From: Balanoglossus misakiensis
Lineage: Eukaryota > Animalia > Hemichordata
NCBI GenBank assembly: GCA_040954595.2
Contig: CM082577.2
Coordinates: 15,631,903-15,695,902, forward strand
Length of the DNA stretch: 64,000 bases
Reading direction: 5' to 3'
The position numbers were made by a program, and so were the translations under genes. This document shows, in pieces, positions 1 to 12,200 of this stretch. How positions within the stretch are numbered: the stretch's first letter is position 1; the number at the start of each line of letters is the position of its first letter. The notes beneath the pieces are model-generated. The model was not told the origin of the DNA and did not search any database. It saw only the letters and a list, made by a program, of their open reading frames with translations.

Positions 1-533
1 CGCCCTCAACCGTTAACAAACAAACGAACACCGCTTCGCAATGTCCCAGCGTAAATCTCTCTTGACAGTAAAGTTTAATTGGCGGTCCACGGGATACTAA
101 TTAAACAGTTTTCAAAGCAATGAAGCCCTTACACGGAGGCGTGAAAAACTAATTGTCCGCCTCGAGCTAGCTAAGTATTCGGCTTCAACCGACTCGCCAT
201 TTTTAAGCGCAGCCAGATAGTAGCGCGTGTTAACCCCCCCCCCCCCCCCACCCCAACCAAATCAGCGACGAACCTTCAATGCCGGCTGACTGGTAGCAGA
301 AAACACAAACGACCTTGAATCACACCACGACAGTAGTCGGGTCTGTGAGCACCCCCAAACGCAAATTTATCGGCGAAAAACTACGGGAGCTTTTTGAAAC
401 AGCGACACTGGCTCGCTGTTGACTGTACCAGCGCGCCCTCAACCGTTAACAAACAAACGAACACCGCTTCGCAATGTCCCAGCGTAAATCTCTCTTGACA
501 GTCAAGTTTAATTGGCGGTCCACGGGATACTAA
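1..533. repeat. End of a ~433-bp-period direct repeat
   Basis: 1-100 (cgccctcaaccgttaac...gggatactaa) recurs almost identically at 434-533; the array may continue left of the window. Confidence 0.75.
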
Positions 534-552
534 AATGATCGACCCAGAAGTG

Positions 553-845
553 GCCAGTAACGTTTGAATTCCTAATTTGCATACAGTTCCCCAACTTTGT
601 TTAGCAATTTGCAACCCATTTCTGACAATAATTCACCCCAGGCACATTACTGGTACTATGAGTTTACTACGTGTGATTTTTCATGAAGTTTTAAGAAATT
701 CTTTACCTTCACTGACAAAATGTCAACGTGACCTTGAAGTTACAACTTTTGTAAACAAATATCTGCCATACCCACACAAAAATTAACCCCTCATGTTTTA
801 GAAACATTATTAAAACCCTCTATTCATCATTTTGACACGAATACA
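553..845 (+). repeat. Dispersed ~290-bp repeat, copy 1
   Basis: gccagtaacgtttg..tttgcatacagtt...aaatatctgccatacccacacaaaaattaacccc...tagaaacattatt is shared with 1708-1998. Confidence 0.75.
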
Positions 846-1707
846 ATCCCCCCCTCCCCTTCAACTTGAAAGAGTTATCGCTGCCCGAGTTGTAGGTAGA
901 TCAAAATGCAAGTCATCGAGAGCTATTTGAGCCATAGATAAACAATGCGTAAATTTCTGCTGTATTTAGATAATAATCGCGGTCTCTACGTCAGTCGACA
1001 ACTTTTGCCGGGCCGTTGATACTTGCCATAACGTAATTCGAATTGTATATTTGCCATAGCGCTACAAATCTCATTCACCTGACATGTCTTATTTCGGGCC
1101 ACCAACACGTTTTTGACAAATAGTTTACGATACAAGTCGATTGAAATGTGGCAAATAAATGTTGAATTAAACGTACGTACCAGTTCTGTATCTCCGCCGG
1201 ACAGATATATGTTGAAATCATTGGATCGACAAATCGGTGTTTCCTCTTGCAGTTCACGGAGAAGGCGGTTCTAATAACAACAAATACCATAAAAAAATAT
1301 TTGATAACATTGGATGAAGTTGTTAAATTCTCACAAAATCTATTTTACCTCATTTACATTGACAAGAGTATTTGATACATCTCTGCACACTCTGGTGAGA
1401 ATAAAAAACTTACGTAATCATCTTGCCCTAGTAATGATTCGGATATATTTTCATCCAGCCCAATCAAATCCATGTTGTCTGATAACAGTTTATACCAAGA
1501 AAATGGTAGCAACATGAAGACAACCCTAATATTTATACAAGAACACTTCAGAAGTTAATTAAAATCACATGTAGGCACTTGACGACAATTATTCATGCCA
1601 TCAGACAGAAAATGACATTAGTTGGTCTCTCGTGTATAATTGTTTGACTCGAATATTGAAACTTGACGACAGACATTGGACATGGTGCAACGCAAACGCT
1701 TGAACTT

Positions 1708-1998
1708 GCCAGTAACGTTTGCATTCCTCATTTGCATACAGTTCTGGCAATTATTTCACCCCGGGCACATTACTGGCACTATGAGTGTACTACATGTGAT
1801 TTTTCATTAAGTTTTATCAAGAAGAATTTCTTTACTTCCACTGACAAAATTGTGAACACGAAATTCAAAGTGACCTTGAAGGTAACAAAAACAAAAAACA
1901 AAGAAAAAAAAAATATCTGCCATACCCACACAAAAATTAACCCCCTCAGGTTTTAGAAACATTATTAAACTCATCTATTCAAAATTTTGACATGAATA
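1708..1998 (+). repeat. Dispersed ~290-bp repeat, copy 2
   Basis: Diverged direct copy of 553-845. Confidence 0.75.
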
Positions 1999-3325
1999 TA
2001 TCCATGCAGCGTTGGAAAGGAAGTCATAACGTCATAGGTCAACATGCCTTGACTTAGTTCATGGGGAAGACAATTTTTACACCGTCATTACTCCTCAAGG
2101 GAGCCGCTCGCAACATTATAATTTCACGGTAACTCAGTTCAATATCTTCCTAGCCTACCCAATTTTTTTTCAAGACAAGAAATCTTTTATGTGAGTCAGG
2201 GACCACAATTTCAGTCAACATACCGAAACTGTCTTTCTCGGGAACGCGTCGTTAAAACTTCACGAAAAATCATCCTATCATTGACTGTGGTGATTCATAC
2301 CCGTACCACTCAGTGAAATAGATCTCTTTAGTCTGGGCGCCTTAATGAGCCCATTAAGCGCAAGAATGTTCCCTCAAGAAATAAAGACGGTCGGGAAACT
2401 CTCGGGCCTCATTATGGTTCGCTTAAATGTTGATTGGGTTCAACAATCCACTTAACTCTCCACACCCCCCACCTCCCTATCAGAAGCATGCCACATCCTG
2501 AACAGTTAATTAGCCATGCCAAGCACCTGTTTTCTCGGCGGTCTGCGACATTTCCGCAGGAAAACTGACATTTCGGACAGTTTTATTTGGTCAGTTCTAA
2601 TTGTTTCTGTTGTAAAGGGCGGTGGGACGTGTAAAAAACGTCTTTATCATTGAATATTTCAATCATTTTACGACAACAGAGTGTCACACTTTCGGGTATC
2701 GTAACATTCGACACTGGGATTTCACACTCAAGTGTAAAACACGAAAAATCACTTGTCGCGTCGGCACGGCTTTGGTCAATTTTTTGATAGTGTGAAGTAG
2801 ATTTATCGCCGAAATAAGCTTAGCACTGTCGTTGATAATACAAATGAAAGCCATGGGTTGGATGAGATCCCCGGCGGAGATCGTCCGAGATGTCAACATC
2901 AAAGACACGGCTTTTCAAACGCACGGACTTCATTCCGCGACACAGTGAAGGCGTGTCGGGTCGCGGTCAGTGACCATGGCAGCGCCGATATGCCAAGACG
3001 TCACTTGCGGAAGTGACCTCGTGTGGAGAGCTCATTTTGCGCGGTTTGAATGTTACTGACATCTAGCGAGAACTATGACAGCTTCGATACATTAACGTAT
3101 GATGAAATCATCGACTTTGTTTCTCAGAAATAAACTCATGGCATGAAAAATTAGGACGATAAAGAGAACGAGACACTAGCTTTAGCGAAATCTACCGTGG
3201 CCATGGAAGGCCTACGCACGTTCATGGTTTGTTACGATAACCGGCCACATACGATGTTGAACGGATCAGAACATTGCAGCTTTGATTTCGTCTTTTTTTT
3301 CTTTCTTAACCTTTTGAACTCCTAA

Positions 3326-3835
3326 GGCCAAAAAAAAAAAAAAGAGTTTTGTTTAGCGTCCTCGCGCGCGTCACTTTTAAACATGCGCGTCGAGGCTTTT
3401 TTTTCGTAATTTTCGAACCCGGAAATCAACTGCAGTGTTTTCTCCAGGACGCGCGATTCCCCCTCTTTTACACTTGAAGCGCCCCTTGTAACAAGTTCAG
3501 GGGGCGACAATCGCCCCTTCTTGAGCAGCCCACCCGGCCAGTACATGCGCGTCCAAGCCTCCATAGCAGGCACCGTAGGTCAAAACACTGGGAAAACGGC
3601 CTATACATTTTAACTTCCCCCCCCCCAAACTATGTTGTAGATGACTTTCACATTCATTTACGTGTAATTTAGCTCCAGGGCTATAGTGTGCAATTGTTGG
3701 AACAGCCTATCTGGATACCGTAGTGAACTTGTTGATATGGCGACTTTTGAAATTGGGTTGGCAGAACGTAACAATTTTATGCAAATTAAAGAAACTGCGT
3801 TCCTGCCATGGCGATTATCAAGAATGTATCAGTTT
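3326..3835. mobile_element. Truncated PIF/Harbinger-like MITE (one end)
   Basis: TAA|GGCCAAAA..GTTTTGTTTAGCGTCC terminus; about 500 bp matches the reverse complement of 21340-21899. Confidence 0.7.
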
Positions 3836-4382
3836 ATAATAATATAACCCGCCCAACAGGTTCGGATAATCGGTGTTCCACTGTATATTCAATATGGCGA
3901 GCTCAACATGTAAACACACAACTTCTCATCCCTCAAAAACATACAGGGGACCCATCTTAAGTAACGTCCAATGTAAAAGGTCACTGAACTCGTCAGCGTA
4001 TTATGTGGCTACTCGTACATTGACCTTTTGGGGCGGGATTCTTTTTTGGCGCGCAACCACTAGTACCAGGCCCCAGACCAGGAACTGGCGACCCGCCGTT
4101 TGTTTCCAACGCCAAATTTGATTCTAATGTTGAATGTCCGAGAAAACAATTTATCTGACCTGTAGTTTTCTTGGCTCGCTTACGTTTTAATTTGGAAACT
4201 TTTAAAAAAATCAAACGCCACCGTCTTGATGACTGGCCCCTATTTTAATAATGGTTTCGTCGTTTCGCAATGGAAAAGGTCGCTGAACTCGCCAGCTGAA
4301 GCGATTGCGAAACAGCGAAACCACAACAAACTGACATTATTTCCTTAAAGACCACAGAGCGAAGGATGCATATTGCAATTAA

Positions 4383-4727
4383 AGGGACAAAGTCTCTCTC
4401 TCGCTGCCCTTTTTTTCCATTAATTATATTTGATACAAGACACCGTTTGTTATTCTACATGTGGATATATAGTGAATGAACGTCCAACCACCCGCAACTT
4501 CCATCCCTCTTATAGACAGGAGAGTGAAAAAAATCGCCAAAATGAATCATTGTTCTGTACCATTAATTCATTTTGGGCGAGTTTTTACTCTCGTATCATA
4601 CAAGTGGGATGGAAGTTTTGTGTGGTTGAACGTTCATTCACTATATATCCACATGTAGAATAACAAACGGTGTCTTGTATCCAACATAATTAATGGAAAA
4701 AGGGCAGCGAGAGAGACTTTGTCCCTT
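4383..4727. mobile_element. ~345-bp fold-back (palindromic) MITE, Kolobok-like
   Basis: Whole element is an imperfect palindrome, agggacaaagtctctct...agagagactttgtccct, flanked by TTAA (4379-4382 and 4728-4731); one arm recurs at about 43572-43668. Confidence 0.75.
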
Positions 4728-4746
4728 TTAAGATAATAAAGACTTT

Positions 4747-5130
4747 TGTCTTACCACTCCCATCAGCGTCTGACCTTCGGCAGTCTACATGTCTGGTCAT
4801 ACATACATACATACATCAACATGTACATGTCTGATCAGCTGGCAGAAACAGTCAGTTGACTTCTGAGTGGCCTCGAGTCAATGTAGTATGTGTCACGCGC
4901 AAAGCACCATGGGAGTTCCAACATGAGTAAGCGTTGTGTCTTACCACTCCCATCAGCGTCTGACCTTCGGCAGTCGGCATACATGTCTGTCATACATACA
5001 TACATCCACATATACTAGTACATGTCTGATCAGCTGGCATCCGGGTGTCCTATGGGAGTTCCAACATGAGTAAGCGTTGTGTCTTACCACTCCCATCAGC
5101 GTCTGACCTTCGGCAGTCGGCATACATGTC
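4747..5130. repeat. Three-copy local repeat
   Basis: tgtcttaccactcccatcagcgtctgaccttcggcagtc at about 4747, 4937 and 5079; the first two copies are followed by (cata)n. Confidence 0.8.
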
Positions 5131-5785
5131 GTGTAATCTTGGTGAGGACTCGGGGAATATTTGCATTCGTTTGCGTTCTCAGGAAAGTTCACGTATACGG
5201 GCGCTCGGAAGGTTGCAATACATAAACAAACTCGCCCTCGATCGACCCTCCGTACCGCGTAGACAACATGACAGTGACACTTGCGGCATATTTTTACGTA
5301 TAGCTTCGTTGACATGACTGCTTGGTACATGGTACACGGTATGTATGGTGAACGAATGTCAAATCCAGCATCATGGAGAGGTTTGCTTTACGTGCGTGAG
5401 CGAGCCATGTTGACTGCGCGTGATTCAAGAGCAGACGACATGTACCGACGCAGTAGGAAGAAAAAAATAAACAAATCGCCAGTCGAGGACAGATTTGGAA
5501 ATTAATAAATATCGCCGTATTTATTCTGTGTACGTTTGCATTTCTTTTTTAGCCCTTAAAATGTTCGCATTGTTTGAAATCCTCCGTTATTCAGTCGGAA
5601 ATTGTACACGTCCACTGGTTCTTGGGCGCGTCGCGCGTCCATCGAATAACACGATACATTATCAGTAATAATGTATAGCTATGACGTCACAAAATTCACT
5701 GGTATTGATAAAGCTATAATATAATTTCCCATTGATCAGTTTACAAGTGGGGGTCTGACAAAGGTTGTTGACCTTATAAATTTAA

Positions 5786-6927
5786 ATGATCGCAAGGTGG
5801 AAAACTATTCATGAACTTGAGTGTGTGCTTTCTATTCGTTCCCAACGTATTATTGCCTCTAAACTGCATTTATTTAAAGAAGCAATTTTGAAGGGTTTTG
5901 GTACCATAATTAGCAACTTTTTTGATATTTGTACTTGTAGTCCCATTATTCAGGAGGCACTGAACAGTCCATTGTATCACTATACCCTCAGCACTTCACT
6001 TGCTGAAAAAAAGCGATGATATTCAGACTTGTCTTTACAAACTTGAAAAAGGAGCTATTTACACCTTTCTTATTGATAATCTTTATGAGACTAGCGAGGG
6101 TTCTTCAAAATTCCCGACTGAATTGTTGTGTAATCCAGCTACTGTGAAGCCCAACTATGGCATAATTTATGATAGACCTATATACAAAAAAAGAGGGTGA
6201 CATACAGTGGCGTTTCCTCCACGGTGCTATTTCTACAGGTGTCTATTTGCATTCGGCTGGTTATATAGACAACGCGAATTGCCCGTTTTGTAGTAATCAT
6301 ATTGACACCATTAGGCATATGTTCGTTGATTGCCAGCGGTTGCATAACTTTCTTATTTTTATTCGTGGCATTGTTGAGAAAATCTGTGGCCTAGACACTA
6401 TTCCTCAGAATTGGTACATTATTGGCCCTCCATACAGTAAGGGCAAAAAATCAGCTTTGCGCCTTGCAAACTTTATTTTCATAACTACCAAGTTAGTTAT
6501 TCACATTTCCCACTATAACAAGATTAAAAATAAGTCCAGTTGCGATATATTTGATTTGTTTAGGAAGCGTGTGAAGTCGCGCTTAATGGTTGGGTATCAG
6601 TACTGCAATTTCACTAGTAATTTGACCTACTTTGAAACTTCTTGGGCAATGAACTCAGCCTTGTGTACTGTAAGAGATAAAGAACTCATTTTCTGTATAT
6701 AGAATTTGTATAATCAGACTTGTATATCAGACTGTTAGTTTTTTTTTTATAGAAAAAGGGGCTTTTAACCTAACATATGGCAAGCACTAGACAATGAACA
6801 TTTTTTCACTGTGTATATGTATAGACTTTATTTCTGTTGATTTACTTTCACCTGTAACTGTACATATATTTTTATAGCTTTATAATTTGGTAAAGTTATA
6901 TTAAATGGTGCTTGAAAATCAAAAAAA
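5786..6927 (+). mobile_element. 5'-truncated Tx1/L1-clade LINE: ORF2 C-terminus, 3' UTR and A tail
   Basis: 6169-6702 reads GDIQWRFLHGAISTG..CPFC..DTIRHMFVDC (zf-RVT-type motif of L1/Tx1 ORF2); frameshifted ORFs upstream; ends at aatcaaaaaaa followed by (TCT)n. Confidence 0.8.
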
Positions 6928-7499
6928 TCTTCTTCTTCTTCTTCTGATGTTCTCTTATCGGTACGATTCTATTCTTTATGTTGCCGAATACGCCAAGGCT
7001 GCCCTGTTCGCACGATGCGCCCTCTTTTGGCGACCTCTTCCTACTGCCTGCCAGATCTCCAGCCTGACCTCCTTATATTTGCTAATGAGCAAACAACACC
7101 TATCATATAAATATTTATCCACTTGAATTAATCTCTGTGTTTTGGGGTCATTTATTGAAAGACATTCATATCGACTGTGTTCTTCACTGTTTTTAATGCA
7201 GAGGGAGATGTTGTTGTATCAGGTTGTGTCAGGTTTATTTGCTATAGCGCCCTCGCGCCCTTGATTCCATTACATGTATTACTGTAGTTACACAGCCCCT
7301 TGCTGTTCATGGCGGACTGTCAGAGTCGCGCATATATACTTGGAATAGTTGTTGTTAACCTGCATTACAACACTACATGTGACCATACTCTTTGTTCTCT
7401 TGGGACATTATCTATGATAATGCACTGGTACCAGTGCAATATCTGGATATTGCACTGCACCTGGCATAATAAGATTCACTACAACAAACAAGATAGCTT

Positions 7500-8240
7500 T
7501 GACAGGAGGTACTTTAATTCATGCAAAAAATACAAAGCAAATTAGTTGTTGTCCATTTTGAAGGATATGCTGCCTCCGGCGGGGAGAACTGCTTTCACAC
7601 ACGGATTCACCTGAAAGCTTGATTTTTTTCGACGTACCAAAACTTCCTTGAAGCACTTTGCTGACTTCGAACTGTTGCTCGAGACTTGTACGCTGAAAAG
7701 AGAGCTGCTACTTACAGAAGAGGATGTGTGCAGTGGGGCTGCATTTTCGCCAAGTCACTTTCCGTGACCGTTGGGTTATGTACGCTATCTTCGACGAGGC
7801 TATCAAAATCTTGGAAAATCCAGTCCAAATCGACACCGTCATCACCTTCGCTTTCGCTTGGGTGTCGGAACGTGCTCTGGGTAATGAAAAGCTCGTGCTC
7901 GTCGCTACTTTCGGCCATGGTGTTTGTCTGTCGAAGGTTGAGTTCCGAATGTTGATGGAAACGTGGCACCTCAATGACCACGTGACAAATGCCCTGGCTG
8001 ACAAGTATCCAATCGAAATGAGTCATACACCAGGTGTATTTTGCGACGCCTGTGATTGGTTGATGTGATTGAGAAGTTGTTTAGCATATATCTAGATCAC
8101 AGATGTTGCGACGTGTTGTAAGCCGGATAATGTACTCGTGTCGTGCAATCGTTCAGATATTGGACGACACTCGGGCCTGCGGCCCTCGTGTCGTTCAATA
8201 TCTGAACGATTGCACTCCACTCGTACATTATCCATTACAT
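7500..8240 (-). mobile_element. Internally deleted Crypton-like element
   Basis: Minus strand MAESSDEHELFITQSTF.. resembles the N-terminus of DUF3504/Crypton proteins, and FQRTSLEQQFEVSKVLQG resembles their C-terminal tail; ~100-bp hairpin at 8128-8230 centred on cactcgggcctgcggccctcgtg. Confidence 0.5.
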
Positions 8241-9000
8241 AACAGTCAATCTTGGTCATCGCTCCAACCCACGGTCTTCAAACAAAGTAGGTAACATAAC
8301 ATTTGTCAAAGTCGTTGAGGGCAAAGTTGTGCAGTGAAAAGGACACCAATTTAAAATTTCATACCGCGGTGGAAAGCAGTTGGCGTGCGCTAAAACAATT
8401 GATATTTACGGCGAAGTGATCTGTGAATATATACTGTCGCTGCCAAGTACTGATTCACGGTTTAGGTCCATGAGGAATTGTACAGTGATTACTCGGCCGG
8501 GCGATCGGAAGAAACCCCGGACCACCGGTGCACCGAAGAACATCGTCGCACGTTGAAGAGGGTCCCACAACGCACTATCCGTTCACATCAAAAAGGCCAC
8601 ACAAAAGACCTTTTCATACATGTGACTTTTTAAAATGTGTCTCATTGAAAAACAGGGCTTACCGTTTTACCTGACCGGCAATCAACAAGTTAATGATAGG
8701 GACCGTGTAGCAAGGAATTTTTTGGAGCTATGATCAACTTATTATTAATGCATAACGTCTTAAACTATCATTTTACTTTGGATAAGAGTCTGTTCACAGT
8801 AGTATTTCGTCTTTAAGTGGTCATAATGTATAGGTTTATTTTCTGAATACGTAGATAATAATCGGTTTGGGGGTTTCGTTGTTGTTTTCCTAAAAAACGG
8901 ACGCAGAGTAAAGGTTAATAAAATGCACCAAAGCCAAATAGACTTTTTTTCGTTTTCGAATTTTTACGGGAACGAAATTGCATTGTTTTCTGTTCTGCAG

Positions 9001-9274
9001 CATCTTTCGACTTAACTACCACAGTGAATGGTATGGTGGCTACACAGCAGCTATGTGAGAAGCTTGGGTTACGTCTTCTTACTGTCAACACTTGGAGAAT
9101 TGACTACTGTGTCCTCCATCTACAACCTACTTGTTGTAAATGGTGGACTGCAATGTGGATTGACGCCACCATTACGGCAGATGGCACTGTGAAGACGGGC
9201 AGCGGTTTGATATTGGAACACACGTATTTTGCTCCCAACCAGACGCTTGACGCCGGATCGTGTATTTACGTAAA
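9001..9274 (+). CDS. Host exon: C-type lectin domain part 1
   Basis: tgttctgcag| ..QQLCEKLGLRLLTV..AMWIDAT..GSCIYV |gtgagt. Confidence 0.8.
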
Positions 9275-12200
9275 GTGAGTCGATGTCTGTTCAAGCTATT
9301 TTCCACAGTGCTACACAGTAGATATAATTTGCCATTGCTTACATGACGTCAACTGTCGTGGATTTTGGAACTTTCGAGATTACAAAGGAGAAATGATGGC
9401 ATTTGAATGATTTGCATATGTATGTATTGTTAAACTTCGCTCCTAAAAAATCATTATCATTGCACTATTTTGGTATTTTGTCAAGTTTTGGTTAAATGAT
9501 TTACCTTATCTGCTATTTTGTCTGAATTGCAAAGCACAATTTGACCATAATACTTTACAGCTAACACTGATTGCATTATCTGACTTAAATATCCAACGAT
9601 TTTGGAAAACTAAGCCAGTTTATGGCTGGACCGGTTAATAATTTTATCAATAATGCAAACTTCGCAGGTTGGTCATAAGGTCATTCTGTAGAGATCATTA
9701 TAGACACCGCATAGTGATCGTTATAGATACCCTATGAGTATCATTAAAGACACTGTGCAGTAATCATTTTTTTTAACTTTGATAAGCATTGAACAGTAAA
9801 TCTTTATACAGGTGTCAATCATGTGAATGGTTCACTGAAGACTGTAATAAACCACTGGGTTTACTTTGCGAGGATAATGGTAAGTATTTCGGGACCGCAG
9901 CGATAAATCCTACCCACTTGACCACCTGTGTAGTAATGAGGTGTGTAAACATTCAACATATGCCATTATACATGGAACGTAGACAAATGCATACGCATGG
10001 TAACTACCGCGTGGAAGGGAGTCACATTTGAAATGTCAAAATGTATAATGTACCATTGCTTAACAATTGTTGCTTTCGGAAAATGGATAATTGAAACAAA
10101 CGTTGTATTAATCACCAACGTGTTCGTGTCGTAACCAAATGAGATAATGCACATGTAAAACTTCTGTTGGACCCAGTTATTTGAAATTCGGTGTATTGTC
10201 TTGCAAACATACATTTCCATTGAGTGCACATTTGATATTTATATACGTTAAACGCTTTGCCTTAATGCCTTATCTGCACCAATGGATAATGCTAAACTGC
10301 TTAACCCAGCCGAAGGGGCTCCGAAGTACATCTTGATATGGTCACATTTCATACTCTCGAACTTCACAAGTTCGAAAGTAGGCATATAATAATTAATGCA
10401 TGAATTTACCGTCTCTTATGACTGCCGAAATAAGACGAAAAGGGAAAAGAAATGATTAAACATGTTGATTCAGGAAATGCATGAATTAAACAAAGGTTGT
10501 TGACAATGGGGTTCACGTCACAACCTGGGTAGATTATGTTTAAGTACATTTGTTGGATTTCATAGAGATTTGGCACTGTCTTTCCAACATGTCTTCTGAA
10601 GGAATGTGTTCTATATTCAGTGTTATTTTAATCATTAGTGCTTTTAAATTTATGAAATTTTACTACCTCGCACATTGTCTTCATTTTACCTTTGCCACAT
10701 TCAGATGATGACTTTCTTCTGCTGCGGGAGAGGTTGGTCAAGATAAGCGCAGATGATTTCAGGACAGCAGATGTGGTAAGAAAGGTACCAATCATTTGAG
10801 ACTGGTGTAATGCACTTTATTATATTCACAGACCCGGTTATTACCAGAGTGTGACGTCATACTATATCGACAGATTTCATATTACTATAGTATGACGTCA
10901 CAGTGGCAGTGACGTCGTAATATGGTAATATGAAATCTGTCGATTTCATATTACCATAGTACGACGTCACTGCCAATAATTCTGCTGGAACTACTTTCAG
11001 TATGTAAACACATGAAAATACTATCCTGCGATGTTATATTGCGTAATACTATAGTGGGTGGGCTTTGAAGTTTGGGAAATATGGGGTTACAAATAATAAA
11101 GCACATGTGAAATATAGTTTAATGATGTTTTATTAGTTTGCTCGATGTATTGATACTGTGGCGGAAAAAAAATTGACGACTGTCGCCTGCGCGTCCAAGT
11201 TTTTGTTCGATCAAAGATGTCAGCGACAGAGCAGCACATAGCTATGTCGTCGAACGACATAAGCAGAACATTGTAAGTGAAACAACTTAGGTAATTTCTG
11301 GAGGACTGAGAAGATGGTTTAGCGACAGGTCTACATGAAATTCCGCCTGATATTCTGTCGAAAATCTTCATCGCGTCGAGGCAGAGCGCGCGCCGGGTCT
11401 GACTCTGAGCCAAACACTCCCTCACAACATACCAGCGTGGGATCGACAGCACGCTCCTTTGCCTTGCCACGCCAGTCATCCACACGTCTGTCGATCGCAG
11501 CGTCTCCCTTCCAGCCTACATCATAGGAGGGGGGTATCGCAGCGGCTGCGGCTGCGGTTATTTTTCTGGGGCCACCATGACCGGGTGTACGATCAACGTA
11601 GCCATCAATGTTGCTGGGACCATGAGTCAGCCAGCGCCGCGACCGTGTAAACGTCGAGCTGTAATCTACGATACAAGCTATAGTTCACAGGATTGAGATG
11701 TTGACTGTTTGATTTCGTGACTGCTGAATTTGTTGTGAAACAATGCATTTTAAAACTAGTTGGCAAATACTAGTTCGACTTGCACGTGTGTTCCGTCTCA
11801 CCATTGTCTCACACAAAATTTATGAATGAGCTGAATCAGCTGGGCTGAATGTCTTCACTAATTTTTCTCTATATCCATTCTCTATATCCCAGCTTGAAAT
11901 AATTAAAACCCTTCCGAACCATCAAAATCAATTTTATTGCAAAATATTAAGACTGACCTGGGTCTATGAATATAATAAATACACAACCTCTCAGTATTTC
12001 TCACTCGTATTACATCAGTGAGGTACTCGTGATTCCCCCAAAGCTGTATCTCTCCTCGCCTATCGGCTTGGAGAGATACGGACGCTATGAGGGAATCACT
12101 CGTCCCTCGCTGACGTAATACTCTTTCGAAATCCTGGGAGATTATATGTAAGTATTGAATAAAGCGATAAGAATTCGAAATGCACTTTAAAGGTCCTTTT

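Noticed and set aside
11087-11700. GC-rich intronic ORFs
   Set aside because: Short, low complexity and without a recognisable motif; probably a TE remnant that I cannot assign
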